64,000 nt of DNA from a bacterium (GTDB taxonomy: Bacteria; SAR324; XYD2-FULL-50-16; G965216635). A model generated the notes under the pieces. The model saw nothing but the letters and a program-made list of their open reading frames with translations. It searched no databases and had not been told where the DNA came from. Where the stretch lies: NCBI GenBank assembly GCA_965216635.1, contig OZ244188.1, forward strand, positions 288,001 to 352,000. The letters are read 5' to 3'. Each line of letters opens with the position of its first letter. The first letter of the stretch is position 1. Below, piece by piece: positions 30,542 to 41,149 of the stretch. Position numbers and translations under genes: made by a program.

Positions 30542-32275
30542 ATGAATAGAAAAAATTCTTTCAAAGAAAAAACTACAGAAAAAAACGGTTCGCAGATTAT
30601 CCTTGAAACTCTATTGAAACAAGGAGTCAGCGATGTTTTTGGCTACCCTGGTGGTTGTGTGATTCCTCTTTTTGATGAAATTCTCAATTATCCTAAAATC
30701 AATCTAGTTCTTGTTCGCCACGAACAAGGAGCAGCCCATGCAGCAGAAGGACTAGCTCGCGTGACAGGAAAAGCGGGTGTTGTGATAGTTACTTCAGGTC
30801 CTGGAGCTACGAACTGTGTGACAGGTTTGGCAGATGCAATGTTGGATTCTACACCTCTGGTGATGATTTCAGGTCAAGTCAGAAGAGCAGTTATTGGCAG
30901 CGATGCCTTTCAAGAGACCAATGTTATCGGAGTCACTCGCCCTATTACAAAGCATAATTTTTTGGTAAAAGACATTTTGGATTTGAAATACATTTTAGAA
31001 AAGGCGTTTTATATTGCAGAGACTGGCAGACCAGGACCAGTGGTGATAGATATTCCAGTAGATATACAAAAAGAATTGGTGCAGCCAAAAGACTTAAACT
31101 CTTTTTCTGCGAAAGACATACCGGGCTATAATCCTTTTCCAAAATTAAATCCAAATTCACCAAAACAAGTTTGGCAACTCATTAAAAAAGCGAAAAAACC
31201 TCTGATTTACGCTGGAGGAGGTTTGATTAGCTCTAATGCAAGCGAAGAATTTTTTCAGTTTGTAACCAGCAGCAATATTCCCGTAGCTACTACTATTTTA
31301 GGGCAAGGTATTTTCCCACAAAACCATCCGCTCTGTTTGGGTATGTTGGGTATGCACGGTAATTATACCGCCAATACAGCGATGACACAAACCGATTTAG
31401 TAGTTGCCATAGGGGCTAGGTTTGACGATAGAGTCACAGGCAAGGTAGATGATTTTTTAGCACAGGCAAAAATTATTCATATTGATATAGACCAAAGCAG
31501 TTTAGACAAAATCAAAGAAGTAGATTTAAAAGTACAGTGCGACGCTAAAAATTTTCTCAAAGCCATCAATAAAATTGCAAAACCTTTGCAGTTGAAAGAT
31601 TGGCGAGAGCATCTAAAAAAAATGCAGCAAGATTTTCCATCCCCGAATTATGATAATACCCCAAGCAAAACAGGAAAAATCAGACCAGAATATATTGTAA
31701 AAAAACTATCCGAAATAACAAAAGGCAACGCCTACATAGTCACCGATGTAGGACAACACCAGATGTTCACCTGCCTGCATTATGAATACCGTTACCCCAG
31801 AACACAAATCACTTCTGGAGGTTTAGGAACTATGGGTTTTTGTCTGCCAGCAGCTATGGGGATTGCAATTCAAAAAAAAGATCGCCCCACTATTTCCATC
31901 AATGGAGACGGCGGTTTTCAAATGAATATGCAAGAATTGGCTACAATTCGCACCTACAGCATTCCAGTAAAAATTATGATTTTTAATAACAACAACCTAG
32001 GCATGGTCAAACAGTGGCAAGATTTTTTTTGGGAAGCTCGTTATTCCAGTACTATTTTTGATAAAAATCCAGATTTTATTCGCCTCGCTAAGGCTTTTGA
32101 TATACCAGCAATAAGAATCACTAAAAAAACAAAAGTAGAAAGCTCCATTAAAAAGATGCTCAAAAGCAAAGGACCATTTTTAGTAGAATATAAAATAGAC
32201 CCAGACGCTCATATTTATCCAATGATACCATCGGGAGCGAGACTACAAGATATTATTTATAATGACAAGCACTAA
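30542..32275 (+). CDS. ilvB: Acetolactate synthase large subunit
   Basis: FGYPGG, RHEQGAAHAA, TSGPGATN, DVGQHQM, GDGGFQMN..EL. Confidence 0.95.
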   Translation: MNRKNSFKEKTTEKNGSQIILETLLKQGVSDVFGYPGGCVIPLFDEILNYPKINLVLVRHEQGAAHAAEGLARVTGKAGVVIVTSGPGATNCVTGLADAMLDSTPLVMISGQVRRAVIGSDAFQETNVIGVTRPITKHNFLVKDILDLKYILEKAFYIAETGRPGPVVIDIPVDIQKELVQPKDLNSFSAKDIPGYNPFPKLNPNSPKQVWQLIKKAKKPLIYAGGGLISSNASEEFFQFVTSSNIPVATTILGQGIFPQNHPLCLGMLGMHGNYTANTAMTQTDLVVAIGARFDDRVTGKVDDFLAQAKIIHIDIDQSSLDKIKEVDLKVQCDAKNFLKAINKIAKPLQLKDWREHLKKMQQDFPSPNYDNTPSKTGKIRPEYIVKKLSEITKGNAYIVTDVGQHQMFTCLHYEYRYPRTQITSGGLGTMGFCLPAAMGIAIQKKDRPTISINGDGGFQMNMQELATIRTYSIPVKIMIFNNNNLGMVKQWQDFFWEARYSSTIFDKNPDFIRLAKAFDIPAIRITKKTKVESSIKKMLKSKGPFLVEYKIDPDAHIYPMIPSGARLQDIIYNDKH

Positions 32276-32332
32276 ATTATGGAACAGAAAATTAAAACTC
32301 AAGTTTGGTAATATTTAAAATAGGAGAAAAAT

Positions 32333-34045
32333 ATGAAAATAAAATTTGTTGGTGCAGCAGGGAGAGTGACTGGTTCTTGCCAGTGGCTTGTTAACGAAAA
32401 GACAGGTATACAGTTTTTAGTAGATTGTGGTTTGACGCAACATGGAAATTTTCAAACGGCAATTAATCCCTCTTTTCCTTTTGAAGCTTCCCAGATTGCT
32501 TTTGTTTTGCTTACGCATGCACATTTAGATCACTGTGGAAGGATTCCTGAATTATTTCAAAAAGGTTTTAAAGGCAAAATACACTGTACAAAACCAACAG
32601 GAGAATTAACTAAAAACCATCTTTTGGATCTTTACAAACAAGAACTGAAAAAAAACACTGAAACACCTGACTGCTTACTACAACTAAAAGAAGCACTTTT
32701 ATATATAGATGAGAAGCCAGGTTTTGAATGGAATAGATTATCTCATATTGATGAGGATCTTTTCGTCGGTTTTTTGCGTTCTTCTCATTTGTTAGGTGCA
32801 GTTAGTGTGGCGGTTGTGTGGAATACATTTAATGTTACCTCAGGAGAAGTAGACAAGAACTCCATTTTTTTTAGTGGTGATGTAGGTAGTTCTGTAAATA
32901 AAAAAAAAAACGAACCAAATCCTCACCTTTTGCTAAATGATACTATGACTCCACACCGAGGAGCGGATTATATCGTTATGGAATCTACTTATGGTAAAGA
33001 GAAGAGAGAAAAAAAATATCAAGATTTTAAAGAAAGAATTAAAGCGATAAAATCTATTATAACAGATGATAAATTTGATACCTTGATTTTTCCTGCTTTT
33101 GCTATGGGGAGAACCCAAGATATTTTATTTGACATACTATATTTAATAAAAAAAGAAGAATTAAGTAACAATGCTTACAATGTTTACTTAGATTCACCAT
33201 CTGCTAAAAAATCAACGCAAATATACCTAGAAGCACTAACCAAGAAACAGGGTAAAGGTTATCGCTATCGGAGCGGTGAATTTTGTCGCCAATTTTTTCT
33301 CTCAGGAGAAGATGAAAAAGAAAAATCAAGGAGATTGGTAAAAGACGAAAAAGATCAAGAACACGAATTACAAGACGAAGCAAATAATTTTTTGAGTAAA
33401 ATTCTTAAAGAACTCTGCCAGAATTTAAAAACACAACATACTCGAGAATATGCAGAAACAAAATACCAAGAAGGAAATTCTCAAATTCATTTTATTGAAT
33501 CAAAAAACATTCCTATCAAACCAGAAAAAAATAAAAAACAAATAATCATTACCACTGGAGGTATGTTCCAAGGAGGACCTGTTATAGAACACCTTCAGCG
33601 ATTAAAAAATAATAATACAGCTTTTGTCATTTCTGGTTACCAAACCCAAGAAATTGGTATTTACTTAAAAAAAGTAGCAAATATTAATGAAGACTATAAA
33701 GTGCCTCGAAGTTTTAATAATAAAATATGTCGTATTGAAACCAAAGAAATAAAAGGAAGAATTTTTGATTTATCTTCCTATTATTCTGCCCATGCAGACT
33801 GTAACGGTTTGTTGGAATTTCTTTTTGGTTCAAACTACAAACCAACAAAAAATTTCAAAGAAAAACACGCAGCAACTGTTTTTCTTAATCATGGAACAGC
33901 AGAAAAAAGGCATGCTTTAAGTACGGAAATTTATCGCCATAATCAGCAAAACAAAGATATTAATGTTAGGAGCATCGCTAAAATAGAAATACCTTATATG
34001 GACAGTCCTTTTTTTGATTTAGATAAGGGAAAATGGGAAATGTAA
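32333..34045 (+). CDS. Metallo-beta-lactamase-fold beta-CASP nuclease
   Basis: THAHLDHCG, HLLG, FSGD, MESTYG, PAFAMGRTQ, SAHAD and NHG motifs. Confidence 0.9.
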   Translation: MKIKFVGAAGRVTGSCQWLVNEKTGIQFLVDCGLTQHGNFQTAINPSFPFEASQIAFVLLTHAHLDHCGRIPELFQKGFKGKIHCTKPTGELTKNHLLDLYKQELKKNTETPDCLLQLKEALLYIDEKPGFEWNRLSHIDEDLFVGFLRSSHLLGAVSVAVVWNTFNVTSGEVDKNSIFFSGDVGSSVNKKKNEPNPHLLLNDTMTPHRGADYIVMESTYGKEKREKKYQDFKERIKAIKSIITDDKFDTLIFPAFAMGRTQDILFDILYLIKKEELSNNAYNVYLDSPSAKKSTQIYLEALTKKQGKGYRYRSGEFCRQFFLSGEDEKEKSRRLVKDEKDQEHELQDEANNFLSKILKELCQNLKTQHTREYAETKYQEGNSQIHFIESKNIPIKPEKNKKQIIITTGGMFQGGPVIEHLQRLKNNNTAFVISGYQTQEIGIYLKKVANINEDYKVPRSFNNKICRIETKEIKGRIFDLSSYYSAHADCNGLLEFLFGSNYKPTKNFKEKHAATVFLNHGTAEKRHALSTEIYRHNQQNKDINVRSIAKIEIPYMDSPFFDLDKGKWEM

Positions 34046-34101
34046 GTCCATCTATAAAAGATGTCTGATTTTAATTTCTAAAAAAATTTTTTTAGAAAAC
34101 T

Positions 34102-34608
34102 ATGGAAAAAAAAAATAAAAAAATTATTTCTATTTTAGTAGAAGATGAATTTGGAGCACTCTCTAGAATTATAGAATTGTTTGGTTCTCGGGGCTATAAT
34201 CTGCACTCTATTTGTAGCGGAGAAGCAAGAAAAAAAGGACTCCAAAGGCTAACGCTTGTTTGCTACGAAACAGAGAAAAACATCAAACAAATCATAAAAT
34301 TACTCTGTAACATCATTTATATTCACGAAGCAAAAATCATAGAAACAGAAACTAGCATTCACAGAGAACTTATCCTTGTAAAAGTAGCTTTAGAAAAAAA
34401 AACAGCAGAAGAACTCTTTGCGACTATTCGCGATGGATTTCAAGAATTGCACGCAGAAGTCTGCATTACCACCAAAAACTGGGTTTGTTTTCAATGTATG
34501 GGAGCAGAACTACAAATTGATAAAATGGTAGAACTTATCCACAGCCGTTTTAAGATACTAGAAGTATCCCGCACAGGAGAAGCAGCCCTAGGCTGCAAAG
34601 CAGATTAA
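34102..34608 (+). CDS. ilvH: Acetolactate synthase small (regulatory) subunit
   Basis: ISILVEDEFGALSRIIELFGSRGYNL ACT domain, RELILVKV, EVSRTG. Confidence 0.88.
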   Translation: MEKKNKKIISILVEDEFGALSRIIELFGSRGYNLHSICSGEARKKGLQRLTLVCYETEKNIKQIIKLLCNIIYIHEAKIIETETSIHRELILVKVALEKKTAEELFATIRDGFQELHAEVCITTKNWVCFQCMGAELQIDKMVELIHSRFKILEVSRTGEAALGCKAD

Positions 34609-34621
34609 AAAAATTAAAAGT

Positions 34622-34684
34622 GTAGAGACGCCCTACTAGGGCGTCTATTTATTGAAATAAAACGTTCAAATTGAGCGTCTCTAC
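34622..34684. repeat. GTAG-type REP-like inverted repeat
   Basis: GTAGAGACGCCCTACTAGGGCGTCT hairpin; element ends GCGTCTCTAC, the inverse of its start. Confidence 0.6.
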
Positions 34685-34747
34685 AGGGTGTTTTTAAATA
34701 AAACCAACTGTTGCTATTTTTGCAATAGCTCAAAAGTAAAATGCAAT

Positions 34748-35728
34748 ATGAAAAATAAACCCACCACCAAAGGCATTACCGTATACCAAACCAAAGATGG
34801 AGCAATTGAGTTTCTTGGAGATTTTAAACATGAGACAATTTGGGCAACATTAGGACAAATTGCCAATCTATTTAATGTTCAAAAACCTGCTATTTCCAAA
34901 CACTTAAAAAACATTTACCAAGAGAAAGAACTAAAAGAAAAAGCAACTGTTTCCATTTTGGAAACAGTTCAAAAAGAAGGTGAAAGACAAATCAAACGGA
35001 AAATAGAATACTATAATTTAGATGCTATTCTTTCGGTAGGATATAGAGTGGACTCAAGGCAAGCTACACAATTTCGTATTTGGGCAACCAAAACACTCAA
35101 ACAGCATCTATTGAAAGGTTATAGTATAAACAAAAACCGTATTGGACTTAATTACAAAAATTTCATGCAAGCACTGGGAAATATAAAAGCTCTTTTACCT
35201 AGTAGCAATATAGTAAAAACAGAAGATGTTTTAGAGCTTGTGAGTATTTTTGCTAATACTTGGTTTTCTTTAAACGCGTATGATAAAAACAGCTTGCCAG
35301 TAGCAGGAATGACTAAAAAACAGGTAATATTTACAGCAGAAGAACTTTGTGAAGCTTTGCTAAAACTAAAAAATGATTTACTTAAAAAACAAGAAGCAAC
35401 AAATATTTTTGGACAAGAACGCCAGAATGGAAATGTGAAAGGAATCGTTGGGAATATTTTTCAATCTGTTTTTGGAAAAGATGCCTATCAAAGTTTAGAA
35501 GAAAAAGCAGCCCATCTTTTGTATTTTATGGTTAAGAATCATCCATTTGTAGATGGAAATAAACGCAGCGGTGCTTTTGCTTTTGTCTGGTTTTTACGAA
35601 AAACTGAAATTTTGCAAGCAAGTTTAACTCCAGAAGCTTTAACGGTAGTGACTCTTTTGATAGCGGAAAGTAAGTCCAGCGATAAAGACAAGATGATAGG
35701 GTTAGTTCTATTACTTTTAAATAAATAA
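34748..35728 (+). CDS. RhuM-family N-terminal domain fused to Fic/Doc domain
   Basis: ISKHLKNIY, YNLDAILSVGYRV..ATQFRIWA; HPFVDGNKRSG; start reassigned from 34688. Confidence 0.9.
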   Translation: MKNKPTTKGITVYQTKDGAIEFLGDFKHETIWATLGQIANLFNVQKPAISKHLKNIYQEKELKEKATVSILETVQKEGERQIKRKIEYYNLDAILSVGYRVDSRQATQFRIWATKTLKQHLLKGYSINKNRIGLNYKNFMQALGNIKALLPSSNIVKTEDVLELVSIFANTWFSLNAYDKNSLPVAGMTKKQVIFTAEELCEALLKLKNDLLKKQEATNIFGQERQNGNVKGIVGNIFQSVFGKDAYQSLEEKAAHLLYFMVKNHPFVDGNKRSGAFAFVWFLRKTEILQASLTPEALTVVTLLIAESKSSDKDKMIGLVLLLLNK

Positions 35729-35779
35729 TAAAAAACCAACTGTTTCCATTTTGGAAACGGTTCAAAAGTAAAATGCAAT

Positions 35780-36223
35780 ATGAAAAATAAACCCACCGAA
35801 ATAAACACAGTATTTTTAGAAAGGTGTGTTTTAGCTTTAGAAGAAGCCAGTAATTTTTTGCAAAAAACAAAAAAAGACAGCCTAGATTATGATATTTACC
35901 GATCAGCTACTATAAAAGAGTTTGAAATTATTCTTGAGCAATCAGGAAAATTACTTAAAAAATGTCTCAAACCATATTTTCATTCTTCAAAAGAAATAGA
36001 TAAATTGACCTTCAAATCCATTTTCAAACAAGCAGGGCATCACGGATTGTTGAATTTAGAAGAAGTGAAAAGGTGGTTAGAGTATAGAGACAATCGCAAT
36101 TTCACAAGCCACGATCATGGCGTTGATTTAGCTGTAAAAACTTTGCCTTTATTGCCTCAGTTTATCCTAGATGCACGTTCTTTAATCCAAGTGATAAAAA
36201 ACCAACAAGAGAAAAATTTATGA
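35780..36223 (+). CDS. HEPN-type nucleotidyltransferase substrate-binding protein (HI0074 family)
   Basis: IKEFEIILEQSGKLLK, RNFTSHD (Rx4H); overlaps the downstream MNT gene. Confidence 0.88.
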   Translation: MKNKPTEINTVFLERCVLALEEASNFLQKTKKDSLDYDIYRSATIKEFEIILEQSGKLLKKCLKPYFHSSKEIDKLTFKSIFKQAGHHGLLNLEEVKRWLEYRDNRNFTSHDHGVDLAVKTLPLLPQFILDARSLIQVIKNQQEKNL

Positions 36224-36528
36224 TTTTAAGACAAGAAGACAAAAAAGATCTGCTACAAATTGCAAATAAATTTTTACAACCGTCAGTAGAAATATGGGCT
36301 TACGGTAGCCGTGTAGATGGCACTGCACACGACACAAGCGATTTGGACCTAGTCCTCCGCAGTAAAGATTTAAAACCAATACCCACAAACGAATTGACAG
36401 ATTTTGAGCTAGCCGTAGCCGAATCCAATATTCCTATTTTGGTGCAAATTTTTGATTGGGCAAGAATACCAGAATCCTTTCATAAAAATATTCTAAATAA
36501 TTACGAAGTCCTAAAACCAAAAGAATGA
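36220..36528 (+). CDS. Minimal nucleotidyltransferase (MNT) antitoxin
   Basis: YGSRVDG..DTSDLDL (GS..DxD). Confidence 0.9.
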   Translation: MILRQEDKKDLLQIANKFLQPSVEIWAYGSRVDGTAHDTSDLDLVLRSKDLKPIPTNELTDFELAVAESNIPILVQIFDWARIPESFHKNILNNYEVLKPKE

Positions 36529-36570
36529 AAGACCACCACACCAAAAGAATGAAAGACCCTTACCAAAAAA

Positions 36571-38970
36571 ATGAAAAAAGAAGAACAGAATAAAACAGAG
36601 CAAGCACAGATTCAAGCAAAGATTCAAGCAAAGATTCAAGCACCGATTCAAGCAAAGATTCAAGCACCGATTCAAGCACCGATTCAAGCACAGATTCAAG
36701 CAAAGATTCAAGAAATTTTAGAGAAATGCAAAGAAGGTGAGTTTATCTTCCGTGGAGAAAATAAAAAAAATCCTAAAGTGTCTTCTGGTTTGCATCGGCA
36801 GTCTTTGCGAAAAAATGAAAACAACGAAGAAATAGATATTCCTCCAACTGATAGCGAATATTTTACTGTTTTAAAAACGGAGAAAGCTGATATTAAAGAA
36901 GTTAAAGAAAAGCATTTTAGCTCTAGTGCTTCTGATACAGAAGTTTTAACAGAATTGCAGCACTACGGAGGCAAAACATCCTTGATTGATTTTAGCAGAA
37001 GTTTGCATATTGCTCTATTCTTTGCTTGTTATGGTGAATACGAAGAAAACGGTAGAATTATAGCCGTCAATGTAGATAACTTAAAAAACACAAAAATTGA
37101 TTATGAAAACAATAAGGAGAAAATTTTTAAAGAAAATATTCTCGTTGAACCTAGAGGTAAAAGCCCCAGAGTGATTTTCCAAAGCAGTGTTTTTGTCCAC
37201 CCAGCAGCAGGCTATCTAAAAGAAAAAGAATACGATGAAATTCCAATTGAAGGCGATCTAAAAGTAGCTTTACTAGGCTATTTACGAAAAAATTTCAATA
37301 TCCATGCAGAAACCATTTATAACGATTTGCAAGGCTTTATTGAAAACCAAGCAAATTACTCTGAAGCAGAAATAGAATTTTACCGTGGATTGGAATCCCA
37401 AAATACTGGAAACCATCAAAAAGCTATAGAGCATTATACTAAAGCTATTAAATTACAACCAAACGCTGCTTCTGTTTTTAATAACAGAGGCTCTGTTAAA
37501 AGTAGTTTAAAAAAACACGAGGCAGCTATAAAAGATTTTAATAGAGCCATAGAAATCAATCCAAAGCTTGCTGAAGCTTTTTATAACAGAGGCATTGTTA
37601 AAGATATTTTAGAAAGATACGAAGAAGCTATAAAAGATTTTAATAGAGCCATAGAAATCAATCCAGACTATGCTGAAGCTTTTTATAACAGAGGCATTGC
37701 TAAAGGTAGTTTAGAAAAAAACAAAGAAGCTATAAAAGATTGCACAAAAGCTATAGAAATCAATCCGAACTATGCTGGTGCTTTTAATAACAGAGGCGTT
37801 GCTAAAAGCAATTTGAAAGAATACGAGGAAGCTATTTTGGATTTTAATAGAGCCATAGAAATCAATCCAAAGCTTGCTGAAGCTTTTAATAACAGAGGCA
37901 ATGCTAAACGCAATTTGAAAGAATACGAGGAAGCTATAGAAGATTTTAATAGAGCCATAGAAATCAATCCAGACTATGCTGAAGCTTTTAATAACAGAGG
38001 TGCAGCTAAAAATGATTTTAAAAAACACAAGGAAGCTATAGAAGATTTTACTAAATCCATAGAAATTAATCCAAACCTTGCTGAAGCTTTTCATAACAGA
38101 GGCGTTGCTAAAAATGGTTTGGAACAATACGAAGAAGCTATAAAAGATTACAGCGAAGCCATAGCAATCAATCCAGACTATGCTATAGCTTTTAATAACA
38201 GAGGCGATGCTAAACGCAATTTGAAAAAATACGAGGAATCTATTTTGGATCTCAATAGAGCTATAGAAATCAACCCAAACCTTGCTGAAGCTTTTAGTAA
38301 CAGAGGTGCAGCTAAAATTGGTTTAAAAGAATACGAGGAAGCTATAAAAGATTGTGATAGAGCTATAGCAATCAAACCAGACCATGCTGCAGCTTTTAAT
38401 AACAGAGGAGGAGCTAAAATTGGCTTGAAAGAATACGAAGAAGCTATTTTGGATTTCAATAGAGCTATAGAAATCAATCCAAATGATGCTGATGCTTTCA
38501 ATAACAGAGGTGCAGCTGAAAATTATTTAAAAAAACACGAAGAAGCTATAAAAGATTACGCTAAAGCTATAGCAATCAACCCAAACTATGCTGCAGCTTT
38601 TAACAACAGAGGCATTGCTAAAGGTAGTTTAAAAGAATACGAAGAAGCTATAAAAGATTACACTAAAGCTATAGAAATCAACCCAGACTATGCCGATGCT
38701 TTTAATAACAGAGGCATTGCCAAAGGTAGTTTAGAAAAAAACAAAGAAGCTATTTTGGATTTTGATAGAGCTATAGAAATCAATCCAAACTATGCCGAAG
38801 CTTTTTATAATAGAGGCATTGCTAAACGCAATTTAAAAAACTACAAAGGAGCTATCTCAGATTTGGAAAAAGCAAAAGAATTATCTACAAAAGCAAAAAA
38901 TAGCCAACTGGCGGAAATATGCGAGGAAATAATTAAAGAAATAAAAAGCCAACAAGAAAAAAATTTATGA
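36571..38970 (+). CDS. FRG domain + ~15 TPR protein
   Basis: IFRGE, QHYGGKTSLIDFS..IALFFAC, QSSVF; 34-aa AF.NRG.AK repeats. Confidence 0.9.
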   Translation: MKKEEQNKTEQAQIQAKIQAKIQAPIQAKIQAPIQAPIQAQIQAKIQEILEKCKEGEFIFRGENKKNPKVSSGLHRQSLRKNENNEEIDIPPTDSEYFTVLKTEKADIKEVKEKHFSSSASDTEVLTELQHYGGKTSLIDFSRSLHIALFFACYGEYEENGRIIAVNVDNLKNTKIDYENNKEKIFKENILVEPRGKSPRVIFQSSVFVHPAAGYLKEKEYDEIPIEGDLKVALLGYLRKNFNIHAETIYNDLQGFIENQANYSEAEIEFYRGLESQNTGNHQKAIEHYTKAIKLQPNAASVFNNRGSVKSSLKKHEAAIKDFNRAIEINPKLAEAFYNRGIVKDILERYEEAIKDFNRAIEINPDYAEAFYNRGIAKGSLEKNKEAIKDCTKAIEINPNYAGAFNNRGVAKSNLKEYEEAILDFNRAIEINPKLAEAFNNRGNAKRNLKEYEEAIEDFNRAIEINPDYAEAFNNRGAAKNDFKKHKEAIEDFTKSIEINPNLAEAFHNRGVAKNGLEQYEEAIKDYSEAIAINPDYAIAFNNRGDAKRNLKKYEESILDLNRAIEINPNLAEAFSNRGAAKIGLKEYEEAIKDCDRAIAIKPDHAAAFNNRGGAKIGLKEYEEAILDFNRAIEINPNDADAFNNRGAAENYLKKHEEAIKDYAKAIAINPNYAAAFNNRGIAKGSLKEYEEAIKDYTKAIEINPDYADAFNNRGIAKGSLEKNKEAILDFDRAIEINPNYAEAFYNRGIAKRNLKNYKGAISDLEKAKELSTKAKNSQLAEICEEIIKEIKSQQEKNL
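36600..36712 (+). repeat. In-frame 12-bp VNTR (QAKI/QAPI/QAQI)
   Basis: GATTCAAGCA(AA/CC/CA) repeated about 9 times. Confidence 0.9.
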
Positions 38971-39251
38971 TTTTAAGACAAGAAGACAAAAAAGATCTGC
39001 TACAAATTGCAAATAAATTTTTACAACCGCCAGTAGAAATATGGGCTTACGGTAGCCGTGTAGATGGCACTGCACAGGACACAAGCGATTTGGATTTAGT
39101 CCTCCGCAGTAAAGATTTAAGACCAATACCCACAAACGAATTGACAGATTTTGAGCTAGCCGTAGCCGAATCCAACATTCCTACTTTGGTGCAAATTTTT
39201 GACTGGGCAAGAATACCAGAATCCTTTCATAAAAATATTCTAAATACTTAA
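38967..39251 (+). CDS. Second MNT copy, 8 aa shorter because of a TAC>TAA change
   Basis: Near-identical to 36220-36528; homology continues past the new stop. Confidence 0.85.
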   Translation: MILRQEDKKDLLQIANKFLQPPVEIWAYGSRVDGTAQDTSDLDLVLRSKDLRPIPTNELTDFELAVAESNIPTLVQIFDWARIPESFHKNILNT

Positions 39252-39292
39252 GAAGTCCTAAAACCAAAAGAATTAGACCCACACCAAAAGAA

Positions 39293-41149
39293 ATGAAAAA
39301 AATTACTAGCATTGAAGAAATCAACAAATTGCTGGAAGAGTGCAAAGGCAAAAAATATATTTTTAGAGGCACGCCTTGTTGGTACAAAAAAATCCAATCT
39401 TCTCTTTACAGAAAACATGAAAATCTATTTGAGTCTTTTTATCCAATCAATGTAGAAAAAGAAATTGTAGAAAAAGCTAGATCGCGGTTTCCAAACTACA
39501 AAAGTAATATTGAAATCTTGACAGACTTGAGGCACTTCGGTGCTGAAGTAACCTTGATAGATTTTAGCCGTAGTTTTTATGTTGCCTTGTTTTTTGCTTG
39601 CAACGGAGAAACTAAGCGAGACGGACAGTTAATTTTATTAGATACTGAGAACATACCAGAAACCAAAGAAATCACCTACCCAGAAAACAAAACAGAAAAA
39701 GATTTGTTGCTCGCTTTGATAAACCCTGCACAAACCCAAACTAGCGAAAGACGGGTATTAGCCCAAAGTAGTGTTTTTGTTTATGCTCCTAAAGGCTATA
39801 TTGATATAGGATACGAAGACTACAAAATCGCCCACAAGTTAAAACAAGAAATTTTAAAATATTTAAAGAAGTTTCATAACATCACTGCAGAAACCATCTA
39901 TAACGATTTGTTTGGTTTTATTGACAACAAGAAAAATTTTGAAACCGCAGAATCAGAATTTTATCGTGGACTGGCTGCCCAAGATAGTGGAGATTATAAA
40001 AAAGCTATAGAACATTACACTAAAGCTATAGAATTACGACCAAACTATGCTGATGCTTTTTATAACAGAGGCGATGCTAAAATTGGCTTGAAACAATACG
40101 CAGAAGCTATAAAAGATTATGATAAAGCCATAAAAATCAACCCAAACCTTGATGGAGCTTTCAATAACAGAGGTGTTGCTAAAGGTAGTTTAGAAAAAAA
40201 CAAAGAAGCTATTTTGGATTTTGATAGAGCTATAGAAATCAATCCAAACTTTGCTGCAGCTTTTCATAACAGAGGCTATACTAAACGCAATTTGAAACAA
40301 TACGAAGAAGCTATAGAAGATTTTAATAGAGCCATAGCAATCAATCCAGACCATGCTGAAGCTTTTTATAACAGAGGTGCAGCTAAAATTAGCTTGAAAG
40401 AATGCGAAGAAGCTATAAAAGATTACACTAAAGCTATAGCAATCAATCCAGACTATGCTGGTGCTTTTAATAACAGAGGTGTTGCTAAAGGTAGTTTAAA
40501 AAAACACGAAGAAGCTATAAAAGATTATACTAAAGCTATAGCAATCAATCCAAACTATGCTGCAGCTTTTAATAACAGAGGCGATGCTAAAGGTAGTTTA
40601 AAAGAATATGAGGAAGCTATAAAAGATTATAGCGAAGCCATAGCAATCAATCCAAAGCTTGCTGCAGCTTTTTATAACAGAGGCAATGCTAAAATTGGCT
40701 TGAAAGAATACGAGGAAGCTATTTTGGATTTTGATAGAGCCATAGCAATCAATCCAAACTATGCTGAAGCTTTTAATAACAGAGGCTTTGCTAAAAGTAT
40801 TTTAGAAAGATACAAAGAAGCTATTTTAGATTTTAATAGAGCCATAGAAATCAATCCAAACCTTGCTGGAACTTTCAATAATAGAGGCAATGCTAAACGC
40901 AATTTAAAAAAATACGAGGAAGCTATTTTGGATTTCAATAGAGTCATAGAATTACGACCAAACCTTGCTGAAGCTTTTTATAACAGGGGCAATACTAATA
41001 GCATTTTGAAAAAATATGGGGAAGCTATCTCAGATTTGGAAACAGTAAAAGAATTATCTACAAAAGCAAAAAACAGCCAACTGGTGAACGAATGCGAGGA
41101 AGAAATCAAAAAAATAAAAAAAAACCAAGAAAAAAATGGAAAAGATTAG
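39293..41149 (+). CDS. FRG domain + ~11 TPR protein
   Basis: [34 protein letters not shown] repeats. Confidence 0.9.
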   Translation: MKKITSIEEINKLLEECKGKKYIFRGTPCWYKKIQSSLYRKHENLFESFYPINVEKEIVEKARSRFPNYKSNIEILTDLRHFGAEVTLIDFSRSFYVALFFACNGETKRDGQLILLDTENIPETKEITYPENKTEKDLLLALINPAQTQTSERRVLAQSSVFVYAPKGYIDIGYEDYKIAHKLKQEILKYLKKFHNITAETIYNDLFGFIDNKKNFETAESEFYRGLAAQDSGDYKKAIEHYTKAIELRPNYADAFYNRGDAKIGLKQYAEAIKDYDKAIKINPNLDGAFNNRGVAKGSLEKNKEAILDFDRAIEINPNFAAAFHNRGYTKRNLKQYEEAIEDFNRAIAINPDHAEAFYNRGAAKISLKECEEAIKDYTKAIAINPDYAGAFNNRGVAKGSLKKHEEAIKDYTKAIAINPNYAAAFNNRGDAKGSLKEYEEAIKDYSEAIAINPKLAAAFYNRGNAKIGLKEYEEAILDFDRAIAINPNYAEAFNNRGFAKSILERYKEAILDFNRAIEINPNLAGTFNNRGNAKRNLKKYEEAILDFNRVIELRPNLAEAFYNRGNTNSILKKYGEAISDLETVKELSTKAKNSQLVNECEEEIKKIKKNQEKNGKD

